Positions 10,301-21,184 of a stretch of DNA of 64,000 nucleotides are shown here, piece after piece. This DNA is from Sphaerodactylus townsendi. Its lineage: Eukaryota. Below the pieces are notes generated by a model. The model saw nothing but the letters and a program-made list of their open reading frames with translations, was not told the origin of the DNA and did not search any database. The position numbers and the translations under genes were made by a program. Numbering within the stretch: the first letter of the stretch is position 1; each line of letters opens with the position of its first letter. The stretch spans positions 806,001 through 870,000 of the forward strand of contig NC_059427.1 in the NCBI RefSeq assembly GCF_021028975.2, written 5' to 3'.

Positions 10301-13300
10301 CCGGTCAGGAGCTTCCCCCCCCCCCCCCCGGCAGGCACTCGGCCTTTTTGTTCCTGACAAGGTTTCTCCACAGGTTGTCACTCAACTTCTCGAGCAGGAA
10401 GAGCCGTGGGAGTGGCTTCCACGGCAGGTAGGAAGGGGATGTTGTTCTTTGGGCGCAATTCTGGGCGTGTGGGTGGCTGAAATCCCCAGGTTTGGTTCCT
10501 GGTCCCCTGCAGCCCTGCAGTGGGGCTCCCTTCCAGGCCCGCGGCCCCTGCTTCCTGGCTAGGCTGAAACTGAACGGGTGGTTCCTGGGGTGCTGGCATA
10601 TCATGAGCTCCTTCCAAAGTCTCATTTCATCCTTCCCTCCCAGGGCTCAGCCGGCGTCCGGTGCCTGCAGCCGCAGCTCTGAAATCAGGTAGGAGCCAAG
10701 AACCACCTCTGACGTTTGCTCAGGGGAGTGTTTCCTCCAAGGGCTTTAAGTTTTTTTGGGGGGGACAGACTGTGAAACTTTGGGGAGCATTGGCAAAAAC
10801 CTTACTTTGGGAATGACTGAAATACACATTTTGAGAAAATCTGGTAAGTAGTGTTAGGGAAGAAGTCCTATGTTGGACAGTATATTATTTGAGAGTCCCG
10901 TGTTTTCAACAGTCACAGCTTAACAATGTCCGAGTACGTCTTGCCTACATAATTTCCTCTCAGGTGTCAGTAATTAAGAGCTTGTGGCTTCCAGCTCTTT
11001 CTCAAGTGGCTGAAATACTTGAATTTTTTTTGCTGCATTTCTATAATAACGTCAAACAGTAAAAAATGCATCATGCCAGTGAGAATTGTGTCTTTTATGT
11101 TAAATTTGTAGAAGAAGTTTTGATGAAAAGCATTGTCTTTCACTTTCCTCTTTCCAGTTCCTGGTGGGGGAAGGGTTAGGCTTCAAGCTCTCGACGAGCC
11201 TCCCACCTCTGGTGTCTGAGCATGCATCCTATCTCCACAGCACCCAAAGGTCCTCCCGCAGGGGGCGGAGAGAAGAAGCGGGCTCCCTGGGACCTAAAAG
11301 GGCAGCTGAGTGACCTCCGGACCAAATTGAGCGCTTCCAAGGAAACTATTCAGGGCTTGGACCTTGAGAAGAGAGCACTGAAGAAGGAGCTCCAGCAGGC
11401 CGTGGCTCAGAACAGCGAGCTGGGCTCCCAAGCAAGGTGGGTGGGTGCCAAGAGGGAGGGGCTGCCCCTGGCGCTCTCCTAAGAACATGAGAACAAAGAG
11501 CCTGCTGGGTTAGACCAGAGTCCATCTAGTCCAGCACTCTGCTACTCGCAGTGGCCCACCAGGTGCCTTTGGGAGCTCACAGGCAGGAGGTGAAAGCAAG
11601 GGCCTTCTGCTGCTCCTCCCGAGCACCTGGTCTGCTAAGGCATTTGCAATCTCAGGTCAAGAAGGATCAAGATTAGTAGCCATAGATCGACTTCTCCATA
11701 AATCTGTCCAAGCCCCTTCTATAGCTATCCAGGTTATTGGCCATCACCACCTCCTGTGGCAGCACATTCCAAACACCAATCATACGCTGCATGAAGAAGT
11801 GTTTCCTTTTATTAGTCCTAATTCTTCCCTCCAGCATTTTCAACGAATGCCGCCTGGTTCTAGTATTGTGAGAAAGAGAGAAAAAAATGTCTCTCTGTCA
11901 ACATTTTTACCCCATGCATAATTTTATAGACTTCAATCATATCCCCCCTCAGACGTCTCCTCTCCAAACTAAAGAGTCCCAAACGCTACAGCCTCTCCTC
12001 ATAAGGAAGGTGCTCCAGTCCCTCAATCATCCTCTCTGCACTTTTTCTATCTCTTCGATATCCTTTTTGAGATGAGGCAACCAGAACTGAACACAGTACT
12101 CCAAGTGCGGTTGCACCACTGCTTTATGTAAGGGCATGACAATCCTTGCAGTTTTATTATCAATTCCTTTCCTAATTATCCCCAGCCTTTTTCACAGCTG
12201 CCATGCATTGAGTTGACATTCCCATGGAACTATCAACTAAGACGCCCAAATTCCTTTCCTGGTCTGTGACTGATAGCACTGACCCCTGTAGCGTGTATGT
12301 GAAGTTTGGATTTTTTGCCCCATGTGCATAACTTTACTTTTTGCTACATTGAACTGCATTTGCCATTTCTTAGCCCACTCACCTAATTTGTAAAGATCCG
12401 CTTGGAGCTCTTCGCAATCCTTTGCGGTTCTCGCCACCTCTCCTGTTCGGCTCTAATCTCCCGCCGTTGTCCCTGCAGCTCCCTGTCTGTGGAGGTGGAA
12501 GTGTGGCAGGGCCGGGCAAAAGAGAGTCTTCAGCGACTGTCAGAGCTCTTGGCCAGAGAGAAGCAGTTGCAGGAGACTGTGAGGAGACAAGAGCAGGAGA
12601 TCGAGGAGCTGCAAGAGGCCACGCAGGCCCTGCAAGAGGCCAAACAGGGCCTGGCTGCCCAGCTTGGCACCACAGAGGTGAGTCGTCTAGTCTGCAGAGC
12701 GTCCAGGAGAGGGAGGAGGCCTGGAAACCTCCCTGTGGCCCTCCGGGCTCTCCCTTCTTCCTTGGCTGCTGGTGTGTGGGAGGCCTGGCCCTGAGAGGAG
12801 GTGCTGGAAAGTGGGTCGGTGGGTGGGTGCAGCCGTTCAGGGGCCTGCCTGCCCGCCCCCCATCCCCAACTCTTTCCAGCATCCTCTCGTCCGTGGCGAT
12901 GTTCAGTAAGCAGCATCTTCCGGGTACCCCAGGATTGCTCTGCCTGGCCAACATGGGCACCTGTGGCTCTGGGCAGGGCCTAGCTCCTGTGGGCAGGAGA
13001 GCCGGCTGCTGCTGCTGCTGCTCAGGAACGCCAGGGAAGAGTGGTGCTAGCGGGAGACCTCTGCACTCTGTTGCTCTTCTAGGCACGGCTGCGCCTCGCT
13101 GAGGAGACTCTGGCCCGACGAGGGCAGGAGAACGAGGCCTTGCGGTCCCGAGTGGCGGAGCAAGACAAGCGGCTGCACGACTCCGAAATGGAGCGCCGGC
13201 ACCTGCACAACGTGGTGCAAGAGCTGAAGGTGACCTGGGGCGGGGCGGGGCGGGGCGGGGGGTGGGTGGGCGGGGGGGGGGCTCCTCCTCGGCAGCCTCA

Positions 13301-16300
13301 GCAGCACAGCCGGGCCCCGATGACCGGCTCTCCCTCCCGCAGGGCAACATCCGGGTCTTCTGCCGCGTGCGCCCGCTGCTGCCGTGCGAGAAGCAAGCCC
13401 AGAAGGGGGCGGGGCACCTGCGCTTCCCTCCCGAGGACAACAAGAGCCTTCTGCTCTGCAAGGCGGAAGAGGTGGGGCTGGCGCGGGGTCTCTGGGGTGG
13501 GGGGACCGCTTCGTTTGCCAGGTCAGTCTGCCTGCTGCCCCACCCACCCCGGTTGAGGCCAGGAGCTCCTGTGAGGTCAGCTGTTGACAACTAAGAGGTG
13601 TCCTGGGGATCAGCTGCTGGACATTTGTGGGCCGTGTCTTTAGACAAAATCTTCTGGCCAAGTACTGGACAGAGCTTAAGACAGATGGAACAGAAGCAGA
13701 AATGTAAGATTTTCATTAATGCAGGGTTTACAGGAGAAATTAAAAAATGAACAATACTTTGGTTATGGTGGGCTTTCTGGGCTGTGTGGCCGTGGTCTGG
13801 TAGATCTTGTTCCTAGGTGAGCACACTTCTCTCTGTGATACACCTCTGAAGATGCCAGCCACAGATGCAGGCAAAACATTAGGAACAAGATCCACCAGAC
13901 CGCGGCCACGCAGCCCGGAAAACCCACAACAACCAGTTGAGTCCGGCCGTGAAAACCTTCAACAATATGCAGCACTTTGTTATCAAAGCTAAAATTTATT
14001 GAAGCCATTTAATACCACTGAATGGACCTTTTAAGTAAACATTTAAAATTGCACTTTGGGCACATCTATGCAATTTTAAACAAAAACGGCAAGTGTGCCT
14101 CCAGACTTGAGCAAGAGCACTGCGGCCTGTGTTGCCATCACACAGGGAGCGTTATTTGTGGCCCTCTGAAAGGTGGGAGAACATGGAGGTTAAAGGTAGG
14201 GAAAAAAATCTGTCGTAAACCAAGGTGAAGCAGCCAGGAAGGCCTCCTTGTGGCTCAGGGTCCATTGTCCTTCTTAGCAAATGGTCTGGAATTTCAGGCC
14301 CAGGTGCAAATGACCCAAGTGTGCGAATGAACCCAAATTATTTAGTGGGGTGAACTCCAAAGCAGACTACAGACAGAGCAGTGTTGGTCCAAAACAAGAG
14401 CATGCTGCAAAATCCTAGCTTCACGTTTGCGGCATCTACTGCTGCCCGTTCTAGCCATGATTTCCCCGCAAAAGAGGTCAGAGGATCTGGCGGGCTCACT
14501 CAGTGAAGGGTCACTCGGGGGTGGCTGTCGACATGAAAACCAGTTTTGCTCCGATGGCTTTATTGCAACAAAAGGCAGGAAATGCAGACCAGGAACGTTG
14601 GTCCTCCTGTAGATCGAGCCAGCTCACAAAAGTGCAATAAAAATACAAGGGTTACCAGTACCAAAACCTGCCAAAAGCACAAACGGAGCATGAAACATTC
14701 GGAACCGAAACGCGACCCCTGTGAAGTAGGTTTCAGACTAGAAAGGCAGCTTAAAGGTGGGCAGCCCTGAACCTACAGCCTGTGTAAGACAAAGCGAGTT
14801 GTTTTGTGCCTGGGAAAGTGAGTTGGGCACTGGACCAAGTACAGCAGAGGGTCCCCGCCCCGCCCCCCCCCCCCCCCCGCGCCCCCTGCCCCGGATGGCC
14901 ACTGGGGGGCTCCTCTGTGGGGGGCAGAACAGGGGTTGAAAATGGCAAGGGTGTTGAGACGGAAGTGGCAGAGTCCTTCAGGTATTCCAACCATTGGGAG
15001 TCTCCCAATTACAGCCCTCCAGAGGTTCACAAACTGTGTGTCTCATCTGCTTTGCGAAGTGGTCCTACTGGCAAGGGCTGATGGGAATTGTAGTCCATAA
15101 ATGGGAGGCCCCTGGTGTAGAACCCTGAAGGCTGAAGGGGGCACGGTGAGGCTCAGGGCTTTGCACCCCTTGCCTGGCATCTCCAGCTAAAAGAATGAAG
15201 TCCCAGGTAAAGCCAGAGAACTCTCCCAGAGGGTCTTCAGGGAGTGCGGCTGCTGCACAGCAAGGAGGATATTCTGGAGCTGGGGAAGGTTCAGGAAGGT
15301 GCTTCAGAGGGGCTGGAGCCCTCTTTCTGGGAGGACAGGTGATTTAGGGAAGCCGCTATGAGACAAGGGACGTTCTCTGCGCAGCCCATCGTTCACCCGA
15401 AGGCACTTGCTTGCCTGGTTTGGGGGGACCAGCAAGCCTCGGGTGGGTGGGCCAGCAAGCGTCCAAGCACTGAAAGGCCTATGTGTGAGTGGTGAAGTCA
15501 AAGGAGTTTGTCAGCCCCTTTGAGTCTCCTTACAGGAGAGAAAGGGCGGGGGTATGAACTCTCCACTCCCCTCCTGCTGCCTTTGGCGCAGGTAGTATCT
15601 GTCATCCACAGATGGACAAAAAGCCCGTTTCCTTTGGGCAGCTGCTGTTGGTCTCGGATCTGTAAAGATTCTTCCGGAGCCAACCTGTGCGTCCCTCCTG
15701 ATTCTCTTTAAGGAGGGGTCCCCGGCCACATTGGGCCCTTTGGAGTTCTGACCCTGGGTGGGGGGTGGGGAGCCAGCCACACGCCCTAAGGAAGTCCCAT
15801 GGGGGGAGGGGAGGGGAGGAGAGGGGACGTGCCCACAAGCACCACACTGAGGGCTCCTGCTCTGGACGGAGGCACCGCTGGTCCACGGGACTGGGGGAGG
15901 GGATGGGTGTGTCTCCCCGCCCCCTCCTGCCGGCAGTCACAGCACAGCCGCTTCTCTCCACAGTCCCACGTCGGGCGTGAGCACAAGGATGACATCACTT
16001 ATGAGTTCAACTTTGACCGGGTCTTCCCCCCCTCGAGTCTGCAGGAAGATGTGTTTGAAGAGATTGCGCTACTGGTGCAGGTATGGGGGGGGGGGGGTCC
16101 CGTCCCGAGGCTCTCGGCCCCCCTTGGGGTTGGGCCTCGTCTCTGACGGAGGCTTCCTCCCCTTCTGGCACAGTCTGCCCTGGACGGGTACAACGTGTGC
16201 ATCTTTGCCTACGGCCAGACGGGGAGCGGCAAGACCTACACCATGGAGGGGCCGGAGGACCTGGCCCCAAGCACAGCTGGCATGATCCCCCGGGCCGTGC

Positions 16301-19274
16301 GGCAGATCTTCCAAGCATCCCACGAGATGGAGGCAAAGGGCTGGAAGGTGAGGCTTGGCGGGGAGGAGACCGGCCAGAGCGCAGAAAGAGTCTCACTGTT
16401 GACTGGGTCTAGGCCAGGAGTCTGCAACCTGCAATTGGCCATGGTGGCAGGGGCTGATGGGAATTGTAGTCCGTGGGCATCTGGAGAGCCGCAGGTTGCA
16501 GACCCCTGGTCTAGCCTGTAAACAGAACGGCTGTGTCAATGTGCACAACACCCTGCGGTCCTGCCGATGCGGGTGTCTGCAGCTGCTTCTCCAGAGGCCG
16601 AGGGGAGGCTGCGGGGCGGCCGTCTGTGAAGACCAGAGGAAACATCATGCTTCCCACGACAGACCCCCGTGGTGCTGCTGGCGTGCAGCAGTGTCGGAAG
16701 GTGCCCTGCTCAATGTTGCCCAGGGGACGCTGGGCAGGCAAGCCGTGAACGGAGGCAGCCGCTTGGGGTCGGGCGCTCGCTCCCTCGGCTCCATGCAGTC
16801 CTTGGTGTGGCCCCCCCAGCCCTGAATGACAGACCATCCTTGTCCCACCCCCTTCCCCGTCTCTCTCCCTTCCACTCGCAGTACCAGTTCACAGCCAACT
16901 TCCTGGAGATCTACAACGAGTCTCTGCGGGACCTACTGGTGCTGCGGCCGGAGCGGAGCCCTGAGCTGGAGATCAAGCGGGTGAACCAGAGCACGGAGGA
17001 GCTGCACATCCCCAACCTGTCCTACGTCCCGGTCACCTCGGAGCAGGAGGTACCCCCCTGGTCGCAGGCAAAGCGGGGGGGTAGGCTTCGGTTGTGCAGG
17101 GCCTTGTTCACTCTTCCCACAAGGGCAGTTCTCCATTCCCGCCCTCTGCTGCCCCTGCAGTGATTCAGTATTGCAAGCGAGTGGAAGCGTGTGTGTGTGT
17201 GTGTGTTGGGTTTTTTGCATGTGCACCCAGTTGGCTTCTGCTGAAAAGGGGGAGGGGGGTTCTGGCACTGATGCGGCTCAGCCCGTGTGCCGGCTCCTCT
17301 GGGCAGGATCTAGACCTTTATGTTCACTCGCAAGAGCGCTTGGACTGGAGCCCTGTGGAAGCATTTGGGGAGGCTCACCCCCGGAGACCCTCATCCCGAG
17401 GGCCCGTCCTGCTTCTGCCAGCAAGCGCTCTCCCGTCCCCTCCTCTCCCGACCAGGTGCTGAAGCTGCTGCGGACGGCCAAAGCCAACCGGTCTGTGGCC
17501 AAAACCACGCTCAACGAGCGGTCCTCCCGGAGCCACAGCCTCTTCCAGCTCCACATCGAGGGAGAGAACGCCAGCCGGGAGGTGCGCACTTCCTGTGAGT
17601 AGCAGCACCAGACCGCGGAAGAGGGCACAGGAACCCTTTAAGAGTTGGGGGGGCTCCTCCCGGTGGTTATTGCTGGTTCCAAGGCTGCTCCTGCGAAGTC
17701 TTTGGATCCCAGCGCCCTTCAAGCCGGTCTTCTGGTTCACGGCTGGGCTGGGTTCCAAGCCAGTGGGGGTCCTCCCTCCTGCAGCGCCAGCTTCCCCTCT
17801 GGCAGGTGGCCGAGGACGCCCACGTCACCCTGCCCCCCTGCCCTTCCTCCTGCCCCCCTGCTGCAGCTGTGCTGAACCTGGTGGACCTGGCCGGCAGCGA
17901 GCGCCTGGAGAAATCCATGTCGAAGGGGGAGCGGCTGAAGGAGACCCAGGCCATCAACAGCAGCCTCTCCAACCTGGGCCTGGTCATCATGGCCCTCAGC
18001 AACAAGGCAAGCCGCTCGGAGCCCCGCCTCTGCCGCAGAGCTTTCGGGGAAGGGGCTGCCCCGTTTCTGTGGGGCTCATCTTCTCCTGGATGTTCCCCCG
18101 CGTTAGACGGGAAGAACACTGGCAGGAAGCTGCTGGGTGGGGCCACTTTCCCTGCCCCGTCTGGCTCAAAGAGCAGCATTGAAACTATACCTTTAACAGA
18201 CATAATTAAAAAGTCTATATCAAAAGACCAACAATAAATATGATACACACAGAAAGGGGATCCCAAAATATACACTTAAAACTCCGAGGGTCTATTTTGG
18301 GATCCACCCTTTCTGTGTGTATGGTGTTGTCCACGTTTTGTATTTTTATTTATTGTTGATATTTTGGTCTGTTGACTTTTTAATTATTCCTATTAAAGGT
18401 ATAGTTTTAAAGCTGCTCTTTGAGCCAGACAGAAAATTTTGTTTTTGCATATCGATACTGCTTCTGGCTCATCTTGCACGCTGTGCCACTTGCCCTGCCC
18501 CCCCTCCCCACCCAACTCGCACACACTGGAGTATCAAATGAAGTAGACTGGCCAGTGTACACTGTCGGTGTGTTGTCCCCTTCCCCCGCGGCCTGTCCTC
18601 ATTTGAGATGGCGAGGGCAAACGAAGTGTTTTGGCTCACTTGGCAAGTTTCTTCCTGGTGGCGAACAGGCCACCTGGCTTTGGCCTTTCCTTTAGCTGAC
18701 GGGGTGGGAGTGGTTCCTCGGAGTCCCTGGCCTTTGACTGTCTGTCTTCCCAGGTTTGTTTGTTTGTTTGCTTAAACCCTCTTCAATCCCTGCTCACCCT
18801 CGCCTCCCCCGCCCCAATTTCTCCCCCTTGCAGGAAGCCCACGTGCCCTATCGGAACAGCAAGCTCACCTACCTCCTCCAGAACTCGTTGGGGGGCAGCT
18901 CCAAGATGTGAGTGGCCACTGGTGCGACTGTTCACAGGTGGAGGGGGGGAGGGCAGTGGCTTTTGTGCCTGCAGTGTTGTGATGGGAGCTTCATGTCCCC
19001 TCCCTCGCTGTTCAGGTTGATGTTTGTGAATATCTCGCCCTTGGAGGAGAACTTTGCAGAATCCCTCAACTCCCTCCGTTTTGCCAGAAAAGTAAGTGAT
19101 TGGGGGAGGGGGGGGCAGACAGGGGCTTCTCGGGCCTCCCCGTGAATGATGTTGGGGTGGTAGGAGGGGAGGGGAGAGGTTGGCTCTTGGGTGAGGCTCC
19201 CCACAACCACCTTTGATCTTGCTCTGCAGGTGAACGAGTGCGTCATTGGCACAGCACAAACCAACCGTAAATGA
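7389..19274 (+). CDS. KIFC1: Kinesin-14 KIFC1/HSET, about 657 aa; coding exons 7389-7409, 9922-10059, 10162-10273, 10374-10427, 10644-10688, 11241-11436, 12479-12677, 13083-13229, 13343-13471, 15964-16080, 16174-16347, 16882-17049, 17456-17594, 17867-18006, 18834-18907, 19016-19091, 19230-19274
   Basis: [11 protein letters not shown], coiled coil, ELK|[11 protein letters not shown] neck, [11 protein letters not shown]-loop, [37 protein letters not shown]-terminal [14 protein letters not shown]. Exons sum to 1974 nt in frame. The first five exons are less certain than the motor domain. Confidence 0.93.
7526..8265. mobile_element. CR1 fragment cluster (mirror of 590-1330)
   Basis: ORFs 7603..7860, 7886..8116 and 8141..8359 encode CR1 ORF2 peptides. 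Confidence 0.85.
8347..9150 (-). mobile_element. Non-LTR retrotransposon 3' part (longer mirror of 1-507)
   Basis: ORF 8444..9139 with a CCHC knuckle; (GATA)n tail at about 8347-8362. Confidence 0.75.
9195..9433 (+). mobile_element. CR1 LINE 3' end
   Basis: [22 protein letters not shown]...[11 protein letters not shown]; ttctatga tail. Confidence 0.8.
11481..12440 (-). mobile_element. CR1 LINE, 5'-truncated, in a KIFC1 intron
   Basis: [27 protein letters not shown]; same family and 3' UTR as 25430-26608. Confidence 0.9.
13761..13966 (+). mobile_element. Penelope-type palindromic (pseudo-LTR-like) element with a degenerate hammerhead core at 13843-13883
   Basis: Inverted arms (gggctgtgtggccgtggtctggtagatcttgttccta / taggaacaagatccaccagaccgcggccacgcagcccg); core CCT-CTGAAGA-TGCCAGC..GCAGGC-AAAAC-ATT-AGG. 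Confidence 0.7.
16415..16508. mobile_element. Short hAT-type MITE
   Basis: TIRs caggagtctgcaacctgc / gcaggttgcagacccctg; 8-bp TSD gtctaggc/gtctagcc (7/8). Confidence 0.8.
18159..18430. repeat. AT-rich foldback (about 270 bp imperfect palindrome) in a KIFC1 intron
   Basis: gtctggctcaaagagcagc...aaactatacctttaa pairs with ttaaaggtatagttt...gctgctctttgagccagac. Confidence 0.9.
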
Positions 19275-19397
19275 GGGTCTCTGGATCCCATCCATCAGCA
19301 GGCGGCTGTGCCACACCCACCGAGGCAGCGGCCTGGTTTCCCTCCTTTTTAAGTCTGTCTCTCCTTTTTCTTGTTTCTACTGTTGCATATATTAATC

Positions 19398-19403
19398 ATT
19401 AAA
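19398..19403 (+). terminator. Probable KIFC1 polyadenylation signal (ATTAAA)
   Basis: About 125 nt after the stop codon. Confidence 0.6.
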
Positions 19404-19611
19404 CTTTTGAAATCAGCAACAAGACTTAGTTTTGAGCCAAATCAGTCCAGGTGTGGAAGCTGCCCACGGCAGCAGTAGGCCTGACCAGGGTGGGCAGATT
19501 TTTAAAAATTATTATTTAATGGTTTTAGAAGAATACAAAAATACATCCAAGCAAATGCAATTCAGAACAGAGGATGAAACACAGTTATGAATGCTACTAA
19601 ACCATTATAGG

Positions 19612-19712
19612 AGTATTGTGGGGCTTCTGGGCTATATGGCTGTGTTCCAGTAGCATTTTCTCCTGACATTTCGCCTGCATCTGTGGCTTGCATCTTCACA
19701 CGGGTCTCTGAA
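19612..19712 (-). mobile_element. Penelope-type element fragment with a partial hammerhead core (19662-19700)
   Basis: Minus strand: GTGAAGA-TGCAAGC-CACAGA-TGCAGGC-GAAAT-GTC-AGG. Confidence 0.65.
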
Positions 19713-20338
19713 GAAAACAAGGGGGGGGGCACCCTGACCGCAGGTGGAGCTCCCCCCTTCCCCCGCCGTCTCCGCCGCTTCAGCAGGCAACAGAGCAGGG
19801 GTCGAGGCTTGTGATGGAATAGCTTCCGGGCAGGGGGCACCAGCTCCGGAGCCCTGCCCTCTCCCCCTTGGGCTCCTGGGGGGGGGGGGGGGGGGGAGGC
19901 TCAGTAATCCCCGGGTTGGCCAAGTTGCTCTCCGACTGCTGGTGGACGGGGGCTGTGGCTGACTCCTGGGGAGGGGGGCAGTGGGCCAGAGGGAGAAATC
20001 AACACGCCATTGGCCAATTAAACGGAACCCCCGTTGACTTTGCAGGTCACACAGAGAAGGGGGGGGGGCGACAGACGGCTGTTCAGGAGCACCACAGCCC
20101 TGCAATGCTTCTGGTTGAGCAAAACCCGACAGCCAGTCTCGTCTTCAGCCGCCTCGCAGACTCCTGCCGCCCCCTCCCAAAAGGAGACCCCTCCCCCTGC
20201 AGCCTCCTCTCACTGGCGGTCTCCACAGGGCCGGTTGGTTGTGTTTGGGGGGCTGCCAGCGCCGTCTCGGTGGCCGGGGGATGTTTATTTGACACACACA
20301 CACACACACACCCCCCCGCGCGCAATGCTGGACTAGAG

Positions 20339-20429
20339 CAGGGGGCTGCAGCCTGTGGCTGGCCAGATGCTCCTGGACTACAATTCCCCGCCCCCGCCGG
20401 CCTCTTGTTGGCCACAGGGGCCGCCCTGG
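20339..20429. mobile_element. Degenerate hAT-type MITE immediately upstream of the DAXX promoter
   Basis: cagggggctgcagcctgtggc...ggactacaattcccc...gccacaggggccgcccctg; same family as 16415 and 28090. Confidence 0.6.
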
Positions 20430-20449
20430 GGAGGGGAGGGGAAGAACAG

Positions 20450-21100
20450 TGGATTCCCTAAACACGCTTTCCGGCCGCCGTAGTCTCGCCCGCGGTCGGC
20501 CATTTTGTGGACTGGAAGGCTGCTCGCGCATGCGCGCCTCCTTCGAGGAAGTCGCGGGCTTCGTCTCCATCGGAAGGCCGCCTGGGGGGGAGGGAAGCGG
20601 ACTCGGAAGTCGGCAGAGAAAGGGGGGGGGGGCGGCCGGAAGGAAGAGGTGAGGAAAGGGGGCGGCGCCTCTTTCAAAACCGGCGTCACGTGAGAGGGCG
20701 GGAGGGGCGCGGTCTTCTCCGTGCAGGAAAATGGCGGCGAGCGGGAGAATGCCCGGGGGCTTCGTGACGTCAACAGCCGCGCTGGCCCACCCGCCGGAAA
20801 GGGAAGATGGCGGCTCCCGTGGGGCTTGGCAGACTTCCGGTCCTGCGCTCTGGGTGGCGGCGGCGGCGGCGGCGAGTGGAGTCCCGCTGGATAGGAACGG
20901 AAGGAAGGAGCGCGAGGCGGGGCCAACGGGCGTGAGGACGAGCGAAGGTGGGTGGGGCGGAGGGGGGGCTCTGGTGGGGGTGGGGGGCTTTTCCCCCCCT
21001 TCAGGGCTGCTGGGCGGGGGGGGGGGCGGGTGTGGCGCCTCTCCTTCTTCCTCCTCCTCCTCCTCCTCCTCCTCACCGCCCTCTTCCTCCCCCCGCCCCC
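20450..21100 (+). promoter_or_regulatory. DAXX CpG-island promoter / 5' UTR region
   Basis: CpG-dense; NRF1-like GCGCATGCGC at about 20526; ETS CGGAAG sites; YY1-like AAATGGCG/AGATGGCG at about 20729 and 20805; CRE-like TGACGTCA at 20765. Confidence 0.7.
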
Positions 21101-21184
21101 GCAGGCGCCCGCCCCGTCGTGCCGGCGATGCCCCCCCTGCCGCCCGGCCGCTCGGGGCGTTGCTGAGCCCGTGGGAGGGGCGGC

